This document shows, piece by piece, positions 38,080 to 47,797 of a stretch of 64,000 bases of DNA. The DNA is from Spirochaetia bacterium (GTDB lineage Bacteria; Spirochaetota; Spirochaetia; SZUA-6; Bin103), in the NCBI GenBank assembly GCA_965198005.1, contig CBDAOI010000004.1:1888001-1952000 (forward strand), given 5' to 3'. Within the stretch, counting starts at the first letter, position 1, and the number at the start of each line of letters is the position of its first letter. Under the pieces are notes generated by a model. The model made no database searches. It was not told the origin of the DNA and worked only from the letters and a program-made list of their open reading frames with translations. The position numbers and the translations under genes were made by a program.

Positions 38080-38334
38080 ATGCGACATACTCAGCCGAAA
38101 CCGCGGCCGTTCCTGCTCGACCTGCTGCGGCGGCTGGTGGGGGAGCGGCCGCTGGGGGCAGCGAGCGCGGTGGTGGTGTACTGCCTCAACATGTTCGGTG
38201 ACGCGGTCCGCAACCTGCTCGATCCCCGGCTGCGGGGCGGTGGCGGCGGTGCGAGCCTCGGCAGCGGCGGCATGAGCGCCCGCGCCATCGAAGGCGCCCG
38301 CCGCGCCCTGCAAAAGGCAGCGCGCTCCGGCTGA
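38080..38334 (+). pseudogene. Unit 1: OppC-like permease, N- and C-termini fused in frame
   Basis: ...ERPLGAASAVVV joined to YCLNMFGDAVRNLLDPRLRG. Confidence 0.85.
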
Positions 38335-38450
38335 TACGGCTGACCACACCTTTGACACCCGTTACTCAATTGGCCCTGAACTTGACATAGGCACAACATG
38401 TATGCGTACTAATACACTGGCGTGCTAAACACGCCGGTGTGGGGTACGGT

Positions 38451-38651
38451 ATGAGAACGATTGAAAAGCTCAAGGCGGAAATTACGCAGCTTACCGCCGA
38501 AGAGTTGAGCGAATTGGCGCGCTGGCTCTCGGAACGCCATTGGGAGTCGTGGGACGCACAAATCGAAGCCGATTCTCGAGCTGGGAGACTGGATTTCCTG
38601 ATCGATGAAGTGCAAAAGGAGAAGTCTGACGGCAGCCTCAAGGACTTGTAG
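38451..38651 (+). CDS. Putative antitoxin
   Basis: Small acidic ORF (WDAQIEADSRAGRLDFLIDE) directly upstream of a RelE/ParE-like toxin. Confidence 0.65.
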   Translation: MRTIEKLKAEITQLTAEELSELARWLSERHWESWDAQIEADSRAGRLDFLIDEVQKEKSDGSLKDL

Positions 38652-38790
38652 GTGCATCGCGCCACTACGCGCTTCTGGGACAGCTATAGCCGGCTCCCGG
38701 AACCGGTCAAGAAGGCGGCCCGACAGAACTTCGGTCTCTTGAAGTCAAATCACCGGCATCCCTCCTTGCACTTCAAGAGAATTGGAAAGG
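38652..38790 (+). pseudogene. RelE/ParE-like toxin, 3'-truncated
   Basis: HRATTRFWDSYSRLPE...LLKSNHRHPSLHFKRIG, then runs into the antisense transposase remnant. Confidence 0.7.
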
Positions 38791-39075
38791 ATAGTGGTCA
38801 GGCCATGGAATCCGGCGGGCAGGCGGAACAGGCGGTTGGCGGCGCCGAGCAGGCCCTCGCGGAGCAGCATCGGCAGTGCTGTGAGGACGCCGCCGTAGGC
38901 GACCGCGGTGGCTGGCTCGGCGAACACCGGCGTGGCCTCGGTCAGCAAGCCGGGGCTGGCGCGCGTGCGGCCCTCGACGTCGCGCGCGGCGCGGCCCATG
39001 GGCGCGTGCTTGTCGCGGGCGTCGCGGGTGGCGCGGTCGGTGGCCGCCGCCGACACGACCTGCAGCTTGGCAGCG
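38790..39075 (-). mobile_element. Putative transposase remnant (copy 1)
   Basis: APMGRAARDVEGR...VAYGGVLTALPMLLREGLL...GFHGLTTIL; resembles an unclassified transposase family from recall; repeated at 49850-50055. Confidence 0.55.
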
Positions 39076-39261
39076 CCGAGGCGCCAATTGCCAGAATCGG
39101 CGCCGGGTGACTGGGGGAGTTCTCGCCGGGGGTCGTTGGTCGGTTTCCTGCGAGTCACGCCGAAAGCTGGCCCTCGGAGCGGCCATTCGCCCCTGCTGGC
39201 GGCCTGGGCGGCTCATTCGGCTCATTGCGTTCGCTACGTTAGCCATGTTGGTATCGCTTTG

Positions 39262-39591
39262 ATGGCAACCCTCTCCGTACGCGCTCTCCCCGACCCCCTG
39301 CATCGCCGCTTCAAGCTGCTGTGTGCCACCCGCGGTCTGTGGATGCGCGCGGAGGTGATTCGCCCGATCGAGCGGGAACTCGCCATGGTCGACGATCTCG
39401 AGGCCGCTCTGCGTGCGGTGCTCGGCCAAGCGTCGGCGCCGCCTCGAGAGGACCTCGGCAGTTGGGCCGGCTGGGCCGATTCGTGGTTGACGTTCACGGG
39501 AGCGGAGGTTATGATGGGGTGGATGCAGTCAATCGCCGCTACATCCGGGTATGGCTGTGCCTCACCTGCGGAGGGCTTGAGTGACCTATAA
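39262..39591 (+). CDS. Ribbon-helix-helix (Arc/FitA-like) protein, copy 1
   Basis: MATLSVRALPDPLHRRFKLLCATRGLWMRAEVI; no partner toxin; reads through where copy 2 stops. Confidence 0.65.
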   Translation: MATLSVRALPDPLHRRFKLLCATRGLWMRAEVIRPIERELAMVDDLEAALRAVLGQASAPPREDLGSWAGWADSWLTFTGAEVMMGWMQSIAATSGYGCASPAEGLSDL

Positions 39592-39686
39592 CACGTCAAC
39601 GCTTATGACACTCTGTTCCCCTGACAGCCGCTCGCCGAGAATTGCTGAGAATCAGCTCGCGGCGGGCTTGCTTAATGGTGAGGAAT

Positions 39687-39706
39687 CCCCCCCCCCCCCC
39701 CCCCCC
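39687..39706. repeat. C20 homopolymer
   Basis: Direct count; ends the duplicated block. Confidence 0.95.
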
Positions 39707-40047
39707 AAGTATTAGCACGAGAAGCATTAACACTATCCGGAGCTGAGGGCGCAGCGCGCCGCGCGCGCCACTTCGCCTGCACCACCGCTACCCCGTCTGC
39801 CTGGAAACCACGCCGCCGGCGTTGCCGGTCACTCACCTGCGCTGCATCGCCGACCACCGCCCCGCGCGGAGCTTCGGGATCAGGTGCGCGCACGCGTTCA
39901 CGGAGGTGGCCGATGCGGAACTGATTCACCGATTCGGACTCCGGGCTGGCGGCCCTCGCTTTCCGGCACCTGCCATTGCGGGTGTACTTCGAGAGTGGGC
40001 GAGGGATGGGCAGTGGCATCAGCACTCTCGAAACATTGGAGTGAAAC

Positions 40048-41859
40048 ATGCATTATGCAATTTTTCGCACGTTCCTTGCGGTACTGTTCGGGCTCGTCCT
40101 GACGGCAACCGGCGTGTGGGCGGCTGCTGCACAAGAGGAGCCGGCCGCGGCGACGGAGAAGGAAATGGTGATGGACCCCACCACCGGCAAGATGGTGACC
40201 GCGCCGGTGTATGGCGGGACATTGACGTATCCACATAACAGAGTAAGCACTAATGTAGACCCCTTTGCTGTTGGGTTTGAAGCGGGCTGGCTCATAGACG
40301 GTGTCAATGAGAAACTCGCCCACGGGAACTGGGGCCTAGATAGGGAAGAATTTGCCTTTAAAGCCATGTACCTCCCCTTGTTTGCGTATACGGGGAACCT
40401 GGCGGAAAGTTGGGAAACGCCCGACGACACAACCTATGTCTTCAACATCCGTAAGGGCGTTCACTACGCCCTTAATCTAGACAGTGAGGCCAGCCGCTTA
40501 GTAAACGGTCGGGAGCTAACTGCCAAGGATGTAGAACATTCCTTTCACCGTTTGTTGGGTCTGGGCAGCGGCTTCACCGAACCTAGCCCCCGTCCCGCCA
40601 CACTCATCGCCATACCATTCGAATCGATAACGGCCACCGACAAATGGACGGTTGTTGTGAAGCTGACGGAGCCAAGCGTCGGTGCACTGAGGACTATCAT
40701 CGCCGCAGCTGAGTTGTGGACATTACCCGCCGAGGTAATCGAGAAATACGGCGACTATAGTGATTGGAAGAACGTCGTCGGCACCGGGCCCTTCATGCTG
40801 ACTGACTACGTCGAAGGCGTCTCCAAAACCTTCGCCAAGAACCCTGAGTATTGGGGCTACGACGAAAAATACCCCGAGAACCGCCTGCCCTATATTGACC
40901 AGCTAAGGGCCTTGTTAATGGCAGACGAAGCAACACGTATATCGGCACTACGCACGGGTAAGGTTGATATTATACAACACGCAGGCGTCGTTGATATTAG
41001 ATCAGTCGATGTGGGAAGGAGCCTCATGAAGACCGACCCGGAAATCGAGGTACACAGTCATTTCGAGCGGTCGTTTCAGAGCATTACTATGAACATTCGC
41101 AAGCCGCCATTCGACGACATAAGGGTGCGCCACGCACTGCAGATGGCACTCGACCTCGAGACGATCAACGATACGTACTACGGCGGTTTAGCTAAGTGGG
41201 AACCTATTGGGTTGGGAGGCGTACAGGGGTATTACACCCCATTTGAAGAGTGGCCCGAAGAGCTCAAGCAATACTACAAGTATGACCCGGCAGGTGCAGA
41301 AGCGTTGCTTGATGCGGCGGGATATCCGCGCGGCGCGGACGGCGTTAGATTCCAGACCAACCTGGAGCTCCGCCCCGGTGATTTGGGCTATTTTGAAATA
41401 GCTGCCGGCTACTTTGCTGATATTGGCGTTGATGTATCGATAAGTAATGTTGACCCGGCTACTTGGATCGCTAGTAGAGGAGAACATAATTATGAGATGA
41501 GCCTTGGCGACATGGCCTTTCCTGGGAACCCTGTCTGGGCGGTAGGCATTTATCGCGAGAACAACGTGTGGTTGCGCGAATGGGTGGGCGGAGTCGAGAC
41601 CCCTGAGCTTACCGCCGCCTATGATGCCCTTTACGCCGCTACCACCGTTGAGGAGCAGAGAAAGGCAATTAGACAGTTCGATATGGAGGTGGTGAAGCAG
41701 CACAATCAGATATGGGGTCCCTTGGCTCCAGGGTTTCAGGCGAACCAGCCGTGGGTCGAGGGTTATCACGGTGAATTCACGATGGGAGACATGCTGCATC
41801 ATACCATCCTCGCCCGCATCTGGATTGACCAAGATCTGAAGCGAGAAATGGGGTTCTGA
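40048..41859 (+). CDS. Unit 2: family 5 ABC substrate-binding protein (intact)
   Basis: Signal peptide, LAESWE, GRELTAKDV, VGTGPF, PFDDIRVRHAL; lower GC than flanking core genes. Confidence 0.93.
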   Translation: MHYAIFRTFLAVLFGLVLTATGVWAAAAQEEPAAATEKEMVMDPTTGKMVTAPVYGGTLTYPHNRVSTNVDPFAVGFEAGWLIDGVNEKLAHGNWGLDREEFAFKAMYLPLFAYTGNLAESWETPDDTTYVFNIRKGVHYALNLDSEASRLVNGRELTAKDVEHSFHRLLGLGSGFTEPSPRPATLIAIPFESITATDKWTVVVKLTEPSVGALRTIIAAAELWTLPAEVIEKYGDYSDWKNVVGTGPFMLTDYVEGVSKTFAKNPEYWGYDEKYPENRLPYIDQLRALLMADEATRISALRTGKVDIIQHAGVVDIRSVDVGRSLMKTDPEIEVHSHFERSFQSITMNIRKPPFDDIRVRHALQMALDLETINDTYYGGLAKWEPIGLGGVQGYYTPFEEWPEELKQYYKYDPAGAEALLDAAGYPRGADGVRFQTNLELRPGDLGYFEIAAGYFADIGVDVSISNVDPATWIASRGEHNYEMSLGDMAFPGNPVWAVGIYRENNVWLREWVGGVETPELTAAYDALYAATTVEEQRKAIRQFDMEVVKQHNQIWGPLAPGFQANQPWVEGYHGEFTMGDMLHHTILARIWIDQDLKREMGF

Positions 41860-41922
41860 GCCGGGACGCACGCCTAGCGGCGGGGTCCGCGAGCGTTTTT
41901 CGCGCTCGTTCTGCTTGCAGAG

Positions 41923-41960
41923 AATGGGCGCCGGGAGCATCAAGCTTCCCGGCGCCCATT
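41923..41960 (+). terminator. Intergenic hairpin between SBP and permease
   Basis: 14-bp perfect arms AATGGGCGCCGGGA / TCCCGGCGCCCATT; analogous hairpins at 37684-37719 and 53018-53052. Confidence 0.6.
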
Positions 41961-41972
41961 TACCGCGAAGAT

Positions 41973-42929
41973 ATGAGAGCCTACATCATCCGGCGTCTGC
42001 TGCTGGTCATCCCCACCCTGTTCATCCTGAGCGTGTTGGTGTTCCTGTCGGTCCGCTTCATCCCCGGCGACGTCATCGACATCATGGCCAGTCGCACGGA
42101 ATACACTGCCGCCCCGCTCGACCGCGCGGCCATGGAACAGCGGCTCGGCCTGGACCTGCCGATTCACGTGCAGTACGGCCGCTGGATCGGCGGCATCCTC
42201 CTGCGCGGCACCCTCGGCGAGTCGCTGCTGGGCGGTTGGCGCATTGAGGAGCGCATGCTGGGACGACTGCCGGTCACCGTCGAGCTCGGGCTGCTGGCCA
42301 TCCTCATCGGCCTGGTCATCGCCCTGCCGGTGGGCATCTACTCGGCGGTGCGCCAGTACACCGCCGCCGACTACGTGGGACGGTCGGTCGCTATCATGGG
42401 GCTGGCGACGCCCAACTTCTGGCTGGGAACGATGGTGATGATCTACCCCGCCATCTGGTGGACGTGGTCGCCACCGATGGAGTTTCATTCTCTCTCCGAA
42501 GACCTACTGGGCAACCTCGGCATGTTCCTCATCCCCAGCCTGATCCTGGGCACCTACCTGTCGGCCAGCACCATGCGCATGACGCGCACCATGATGCTGG
42601 AGGTGCTGCGCCAGGACTACATCCGCACGGCCTGGGCCAAGGGTCTGCTGGAGCGGTCGGTGATCCTGCGGCACGCGGTCAAGAACGCCATCATCCCGGT
42701 GGTGACGCTGGTGGGCATGCAGCTGCCGATTCTGGTAGGCGGCTCGGTGATCATCGAGAACATCTTCAACCTGCCGGGGCTGGGGCGGCTGATGCTGGAC
42801 GCCCTCAACGACCGCGACTACCCGGTGGTGTCGGCGGTGAATCTGTTCTTCGCCACGGTGGTGGTGTTGGTCAACCTGCTGACCGATCTGCTGTACGCGT
42901 CGCTGGACCCGCGGATTCGCTACGAATGA
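41973..42929 (+). CDS. Unit 2: OppB/DppB-like permease (intact)
   Basis: RLPVTVELG, MLEVLRQDYIRTAWAKGL, RDYPVV, LDPRIRY. Confidence 0.93.
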   Translation: MRAYIIRRLLLVIPTLFILSVLVFLSVRFIPGDVIDIMASRTEYTAAPLDRAAMEQRLGLDLPIHVQYGRWIGGILLRGTLGESLLGGWRIEERMLGRLPVTVELGLLAILIGLVIALPVGIYSAVRQYTAADYVGRSVAIMGLATPNFWLGTMVMIYPAIWWTWSPPMEFHSLSEDLLGNLGMFLIPSLILGTYLSASTMRMTRTMMLEVLRQDYIRTAWAKGLLERSVILRHAVKNAIIPVVTLVGMQLPILVGGSVIIENIFNLPGLGRLMLDALNDRDYPVVSAVNLFFATVVVLVNLLTDLLYASLDPRIRYE

Positions 42930-43102
42930 GGCACGCCGATGGCTGACGTATCGCAGTTGCCGCCGACCGCCGCTGGCCTGTTCGCCCCCTGGGGGCCGAC
43001 GGATGCGGATGCCGCATGACCCTCACGCGTGGAGCGGCGCGGAGCGCCGTCAATTGCTTCTCGCGCCTCGGAAACGATAGAGTCAGTGCTCAGGCTACTG
43101 CA

Positions 43103-44908
43103 GTGAGCACGCCCCCCGCCCACCCGCGCATTCCCTACGGCGAGGCCGACTTCAGGCGCATCCGCTTGAACCGGTGGCTGTACGTCGACAAGACCCGCTT
43201 CCTGCGGCGCCTGGAGGAGGAGCGCTACGCCTTTCTGATCCGCCCGCGCCGCTTCGGCAAGTCGCTGTGGGTGTCCCTGCTGGAGAACTACTACGACCGC
43301 TTCTGGGCCGGCGACTTCCAGGCCACCTTCGCCGGCACCGACATCGGGCAGGACCCGACCGGGGAACAGAGCCGCTACGTCACCCTGCGGTTCAACTTCT
43401 CGATGGTCAACGACAAGCTCGAAACACTGGAACGGGAGTTCGAAACCTACTGCCACACGGAGCTGCAGGGGACACTGGAGCGGCATCTCGACCTGTTTCC
43501 CGAAGCGGTGCTGCAGCGGATCCTCACGCCGCCCTCCATCAGCGCCAAGCTTGGGGTGCTGTTTCGGTACACGGGCGACCATGACATCCCGCTGTACGTG
43601 CTGATCGACGAGTACGACAACTTCGCCAACACCGTGCTGGCGTACCACGGCGCGGAGGCGTACCACTCGTTCACCCACGGCGGCGGCTTCTACCGCAACT
43701 TCTTCGCCACGCTGAAGGGCGGCGCGGACCGCAGCGGCGGCGGTCTGGAGCGGCTGTTCATCACCGGCGTGTCGCCGATCACGATGGACGACGTGACCAG
43801 CGGCTTCAACATCGGCAAGAACATCAGCCTGCACCCCGATTTCAACGAGATGGTGGGCTTCACCGAGGCGGAGGTGCGGCGCCTGGTCGAGACCTACCGG
43901 GACTTGGACGTGTTCAACCAGGCCGTGGATACCGCCATGGGCATCATGGGGCAGTGGTACAACGGCTACCGGTTCTCCGAGGAAGCTGAAACCGATCTGT
44001 ACAACACCGACATGGTGCTCTACTACCTGGACAACTCGATTCCCAACCGAGACGTCCCGACGTACCTGATCGACACCAACGTGCGCATCGACTACGGCAA
44101 GCTGCGCCACCTGCTGGTGACCGGGCGACAGCTCAACGGCAACTTCGACCTGCTGCGGGACGTGATCGGCGAGGAGCAGGTGGACACCCGCATCCAGCCC
44201 GGCTTTCCGCTGAAGGACCTCACCAAGCCGGAGAACTTCCTCTCCCTGCTGCACTTTTTTGGGTTACTGAGCATCCACGAGGTGCGGGGCGTAATGCCGC
44301 GGCTGGCGATCCCGAACCAGACCGTGAAGCGGTTGATGTACGGCTTCCTGCGCGATGCCTACCGCGACGTGGGGGTGTTTTCGGTCAACCTGTTCCGGTT
44401 CGAGCAGTTGATGCTGCGGATGGCGACCGAGGGCGAGTGGCGGCCGGTGCTGGAGTTTCTGGGCGAGGCGATCGCGCAGCAGACGGGGATCCGCGACTAC
44501 ATCGGCGGGGAGAAGGTCATTCAGGGATTCCTGGCCGCCTATCTAAGCGTGGCCGATTACTACGTGTTCCGGTCGGAGGCGGAGCTGGGGAAGGGGCATG
44601 CGGACATCTGTCTGGAGCCGCTGGTCGCCCGCCACCCGAACCTGCAACGTGGCTATCTGATCGAGCTCAAGTATCTGAAGCGCAGCGAGTCGGCGGACGA
44701 GGCCGCCGTGGCGGCGGCGGCCGGAGAGGCGGCGGCGCAGCTCGAGCGGTATCTGGCGGACGAGCGGCTGACGCGGCAGTTTCCGGGGGTGCGCTTCGTC
44801 GGCCTGGTCGTGGTGTTCCACGGCTGGGAACTCGTGTTCTGCGACGCCGTGCGCCGGCCGGCGCCGAGCCGGTCGCGGGGGCGGTTGCGGCCGGGCAGGC
44901 CGGGCTGA
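43103..44908 (+). CDS. AAA-ATPase-like protein with C-terminal PD-(D/E)XK nuclease domain
   Basis: IPYGEADF, YVDKT, RPRRFGKS, LIDEYD, WYNGYRF, E...GHADI...IELK; C-terminus reads into permease sequence. Confidence 0.9.
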   Translation: MSTPPAHPRIPYGEADFRRIRLNRWLYVDKTRFLRRLEEERYAFLIRPRRFGKSLWVSLLENYYDRFWAGDFQATFAGTDIGQDPTGEQSRYVTLRFNFSMVNDKLETLEREFETYCHTELQGTLERHLDLFPEAVLQRILTPPSISAKLGVLFRYTGDHDIPLYVLIDEYDNFANTVLAYHGAEAYHSFTHGGGFYRNFFATLKGGADRSGGGLERLFITGVSPITMDDVTSGFNIGKNISLHPDFNEMVGFTEAEVRRLVETYRDLDVFNQAVDTAMGIMGQWYNGYRFSEEAETDLYNTDMVLYYLDNSIPNRDVPTYLIDTNVRIDYGKLRHLLVTGRQLNGNFDLLRDVIGEEQVDTRIQPGFPLKDLTKPENFLSLLHFFGLLSIHEVRGVMPRLAIPNQTVKRLMYGFLRDAYRDVGVFSVNLFRFEQLMLRMATEGEWRPVLEFLGEAIAQQTGIRDYIGGEKVIQGFLAAYLSVADYYVFRSEAELGKGHADICLEPLVARHPNLQRGYLIELKYLKRSESADEAAVAAAAGEAAAQLERYLADERLTRQFPGVRFVGLVVVFHGWELVFCDAVRRPAPSRSRGRLRPGRPG

Positions 44909-45770
44909 GGAAGTTCTGCGCGCGGCTGGTGCGCGAGCAGCCGCTGGGGACCGTCGGCGGCATCATCATCCTGCTTCTGGTGCTGGTGAGCATCTTCGCC
45001 GATTCGCTGGCGCCCTACCGCTACGAGGCGATCCACCTGCGCGACCGCCTGCAGGCCCCCTCGGCCCAATACCTGCTGGGCACCGACCACATGGGGCGCG
45101 ACCTCTTGAGCCGCCTCATCCACGGGGCGCGGCTGTCGCTGACGGTGGGGCTGGCCGCCACCGCGCTCACCGTCGCCGTTGCCGTGCTGATCGGCGGCAC
45201 CACCGGCTTCATCGGCGGTCGCGTGGACTTGGTGACGCAGCGCTTCGTCGACGCCTGGATGGCGTTCCCGTGGCTGCTGTTGCGGCTCACCATCATGTCG
45301 ATTGCCGGCCGGGGGATGGCGCAGATCATCATCGTGCTGGGGGTATCGGGCGGCATCCCAACGTCGCGGGTGGTGCGCGGCGCCGTGCTGGGGGTGAAGG
45401 AGAACGTCTACTTCCAGGCGGCCCAGGCGATCGGCAGCTCGCGCCGGCGCTCGCTGCTGCGCCACGTGCTACCCAACATCGCCGCGCCCATCATCATCAT
45501 CTTCAGCATCAACGTGGGCGGCGTGATCATGTCCGAGGCAGCGCTGAGCTTCCTCGGCTTCGGCTTGCCGCCGGACATCCCGAGCTGGGGCGGCAGTACA
45601 TGGAGATCGCGCCGCACCTGGCGCTGTGGCCGGGGCTGTGCCTGACGGTGGTGGTGTACAGCCTCAACATGTTCGGCGACGCGGTGCGCGACCTGCTGGA
45701 CCCCCGCCTGCGCAGTCGCCTCGGCCGCTACGGCGGGGCCAGGGCCAGGGTTGTGGACGCCATCGGCTAG
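44852..45770 (+). pseudogene. Unit 2: OppC/DppC-like permease; first 9 codons displaced to 42939-42965, frameshift near 45590
   Basis: LGTDHMGRDLLSRLIHGAR, RHVLPN, EAALSFLGFG, PSWGG then QYMEIAP in another frame. Confidence 0.85.
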
Positions 45771-45901
45771 TTCCCTGGTAGCGGCAGACGCCCGACTTCG
45801 ATAGCATACCTGGACGAGCCACGCTGCACCGCAGAATCCCACTTGAAGCTCGCGCGATCATCGGGGGCGTCTTAGCGCGCGCAGTGCAAGGAGGAACAAA
45901 C

Positions 45902-46116
45902 GTGCCGACGATATCTATGTTCTATGGCATCTTGATCCTGCCGAACATACCGCCGCCGTGGCCATTGATGATGGTGCCGTTCTGGGCGGCAGTCTGCCGG
46001 TAGCAAAGATGAAGCTCGTCCAGGCCTGGATTGAAATACACCGAGAGGATCTGCTTGCCGACTGGAAGTTAGCCGTTGCTGGCGAACCTGTTTTCAAGAT
46101 CGATCCACTGCGGTAG
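45902..46116 (+). pseudogene. DUF4160 family toxin, internally deleted and frameshifted
   Basis: AGGAGG RBS, (M)PTISMFYGILI then, in another frame, G.LP...KLVQAWIEIHREDLLADW...FKIDPLR*; the His-rich segment is absent. Confidence 0.8.
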
Positions 46117-46129
46117 CAGGTGGCAGATT

Positions 46130-46405
46130 ATGGATACTATTGTTCAAGCTATTCCCCTCAACGACCACTGCATTGAGATTCTGACCAGTAGCGGTGTTTC
46201 CGGGATTTTCGATGTCAAGCCCTACTTGAAAGGGCACGCGTTCAAAGAACTGGAGAATGAATCATATTTTCGTCTGGTTCGCCTTGCCCATCATGGCATC
46301 GTGTGGCCACATGAGCAGGACTTCAGTTCAGACACGATAATCTGGGACATCGTTCATGCTCAACCGGCCACCACGCCCGACTCATCGAGTACCGCGGATC
46401 GGTGA
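46130..46405 (+). CDS. DUF2442 family antitoxin
   Basis: FDVKPYLKGHAFKELENESYF...IVWPHEQDFS. Confidence 0.82.
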   Translation: MDTIVQAIPLNDHCIEILTSSGVSGIFDVKPYLKGHAFKELENESYFRLVRLAHHGIVWPHEQDFSSDTIIWDIVHAQPATTPDSSSTADR

Positions 46406-46478
46406 CGATGCTGCACCACCGCCACCCCGTCCGCCTGCCTGGCGGGCGACCGGCCGGAACGCCTTGATGCCAGAAGAG

Positions 46479-46612
46479 GAGATCGCGCCGCATCTGGCGC
46501 TGTGGCCGGGAGTATGTCTGACCGTGGTGGTGTACAGCCTCAACATGTTCGGCGACGCGGTGCGCGATCTCCTGGACCCCCGCCTGCGCGGCTAGCTCGG
46601 GCGCTACGGCGC
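46479..46612 (+). repeat. Orphan duplicate of the OppC 3' end
   Basis: EIAPHLALWPGVCLTVVVYSLNMFGDAVRDLLDPRLRG*; near-identical to 45603-45735. Confidence 0.9.
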
Positions 46613-46766
46613 CGGCAGTGGCCGGCGGGCCGACGGCTCACAGTCAAGCTCTCCCACCGAGCCGGGCAGCCCGGCGTAGTCACGGAAGCAACAGCGTTCC
46701 GAGCGTTCCGGGTAATGCTTGCCGGAACGCGTGGCGTTCGCTACCATCGGATGAGCGAGCGTACGT

Positions 46767-47474
46767 ATGGCCGAAGGCAACGGACACCGCGAACCCGCGA
46801 CCCCGCAGGAGATCTGGGCGATTCTCCGCGAGGTCTCCGCAATGCAGCAGGAGACTGCACGCCGTATGCAGGACACCGACCGGCAGACTGCACGCCGTAT
46901 GCAGGAGACCGACCGCCAAATGCAGGAGACCGACCGGCGGTTGCAGGAGACCGATCAACTGCTGACGCGGCAGGCACGGGCCGCCGACCGGCGCATGGAC
47001 AAGCTGGAGGAGTTGTTCAACGGGCAGTGGGGCAAGCTGATGGAGTCCCTGGTGGAAGGCGACCTTGTAGCACTCCTCCAGCAGCGGGGCATCGCGGTGC
47101 AGCACACGGTAACCAACCCGCGGCAGAACTACGGTGAGCGGCGCTGGGAGTTCGACCTCGTGGCGATCAACGGCGAAGAGGTCGTGGTGGTGGAAGTCAA
47201 GACTAGCCTGAGGGTGCCGGACGTCGATCGATTCATCGGGCGGTTGAACGAGTTTCCGGAACTGATGCCCGAGTACGCCGAGCGGCGGATCTACGGGGCG
47301 GTTGCGTATCTGAAGGCATACCAGGAGTCGGAGGTGCGAGCAGAGCGGCTGGGCCTGTTCGTGATTCGCGCCACCGGCAGCAGCGCCAGCATCACCAACC
47401 GGGAGGGGTTCACGCCGCGCGCGTTCGGTCACCGGAGCCCGTCGGCCAGCCGCCCAGCGGGGCGCTCCGACTGA
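46767..47474 (+). CDS. Coiled-coil plus PD-(D/E)XK nuclease-like protein (DUF3782-like)
   Basis: QETDR heptad repeats, GQWGKLMESLV, EFDLVAING...VEVKT, IYGAVA. Confidence 0.8.
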   Translation: MAEGNGHREPATPQEIWAILREVSAMQQETARRMQDTDRQTARRMQETDRQMQETDRRLQETDQLLTRQARAADRRMDKLEELFNGQWGKLMESLVEGDLVALLQQRGIAVQHTVTNPRQNYGERRWEFDLVAINGEEVVVVEVKTSLRVPDVDRFIGRLNEFPELMPEYAERRIYGAVAYLKAYQESEVRAERLGLFVIRATGSSASITNREGFTPRAFGHRSPSASRPAGRSD

Positions 47475-47797
47475 CCTCAGCGTCCGGCGGGGTCTGCATG
47501 GCGTAGTGGTCGCCGATGGGAGTGGCGTCAGGAGGGGAGAACGGGAGGGAGAGGATCACGGGCTGCCTCCAAGCATGTATCATCGTATTTCGTCAGCAAC
47601 GGAGACAGCATGTCAAGGGGAATTGGGTGCGAGAGCGAAAAAGGGGCTCGAAAACCGGGTTATCGGACGGCTTTGAACGCGCTACCGGTGCTGCGATCAG
47701 CGCACTAGGTCAGGAAGTCTGAACCTACGGCCGGACCACGCCCCAGCCGCACCCCGATGCCTGGTCGGTCAACGGCGGGGCACATCAATTCAACGGC

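Noticed and set aside
38382-38415. Sigma-70 promoter for the TA pair
   Set aside because: TTGACA is present but there is no convincing -10 box at 16-18 bp spacing
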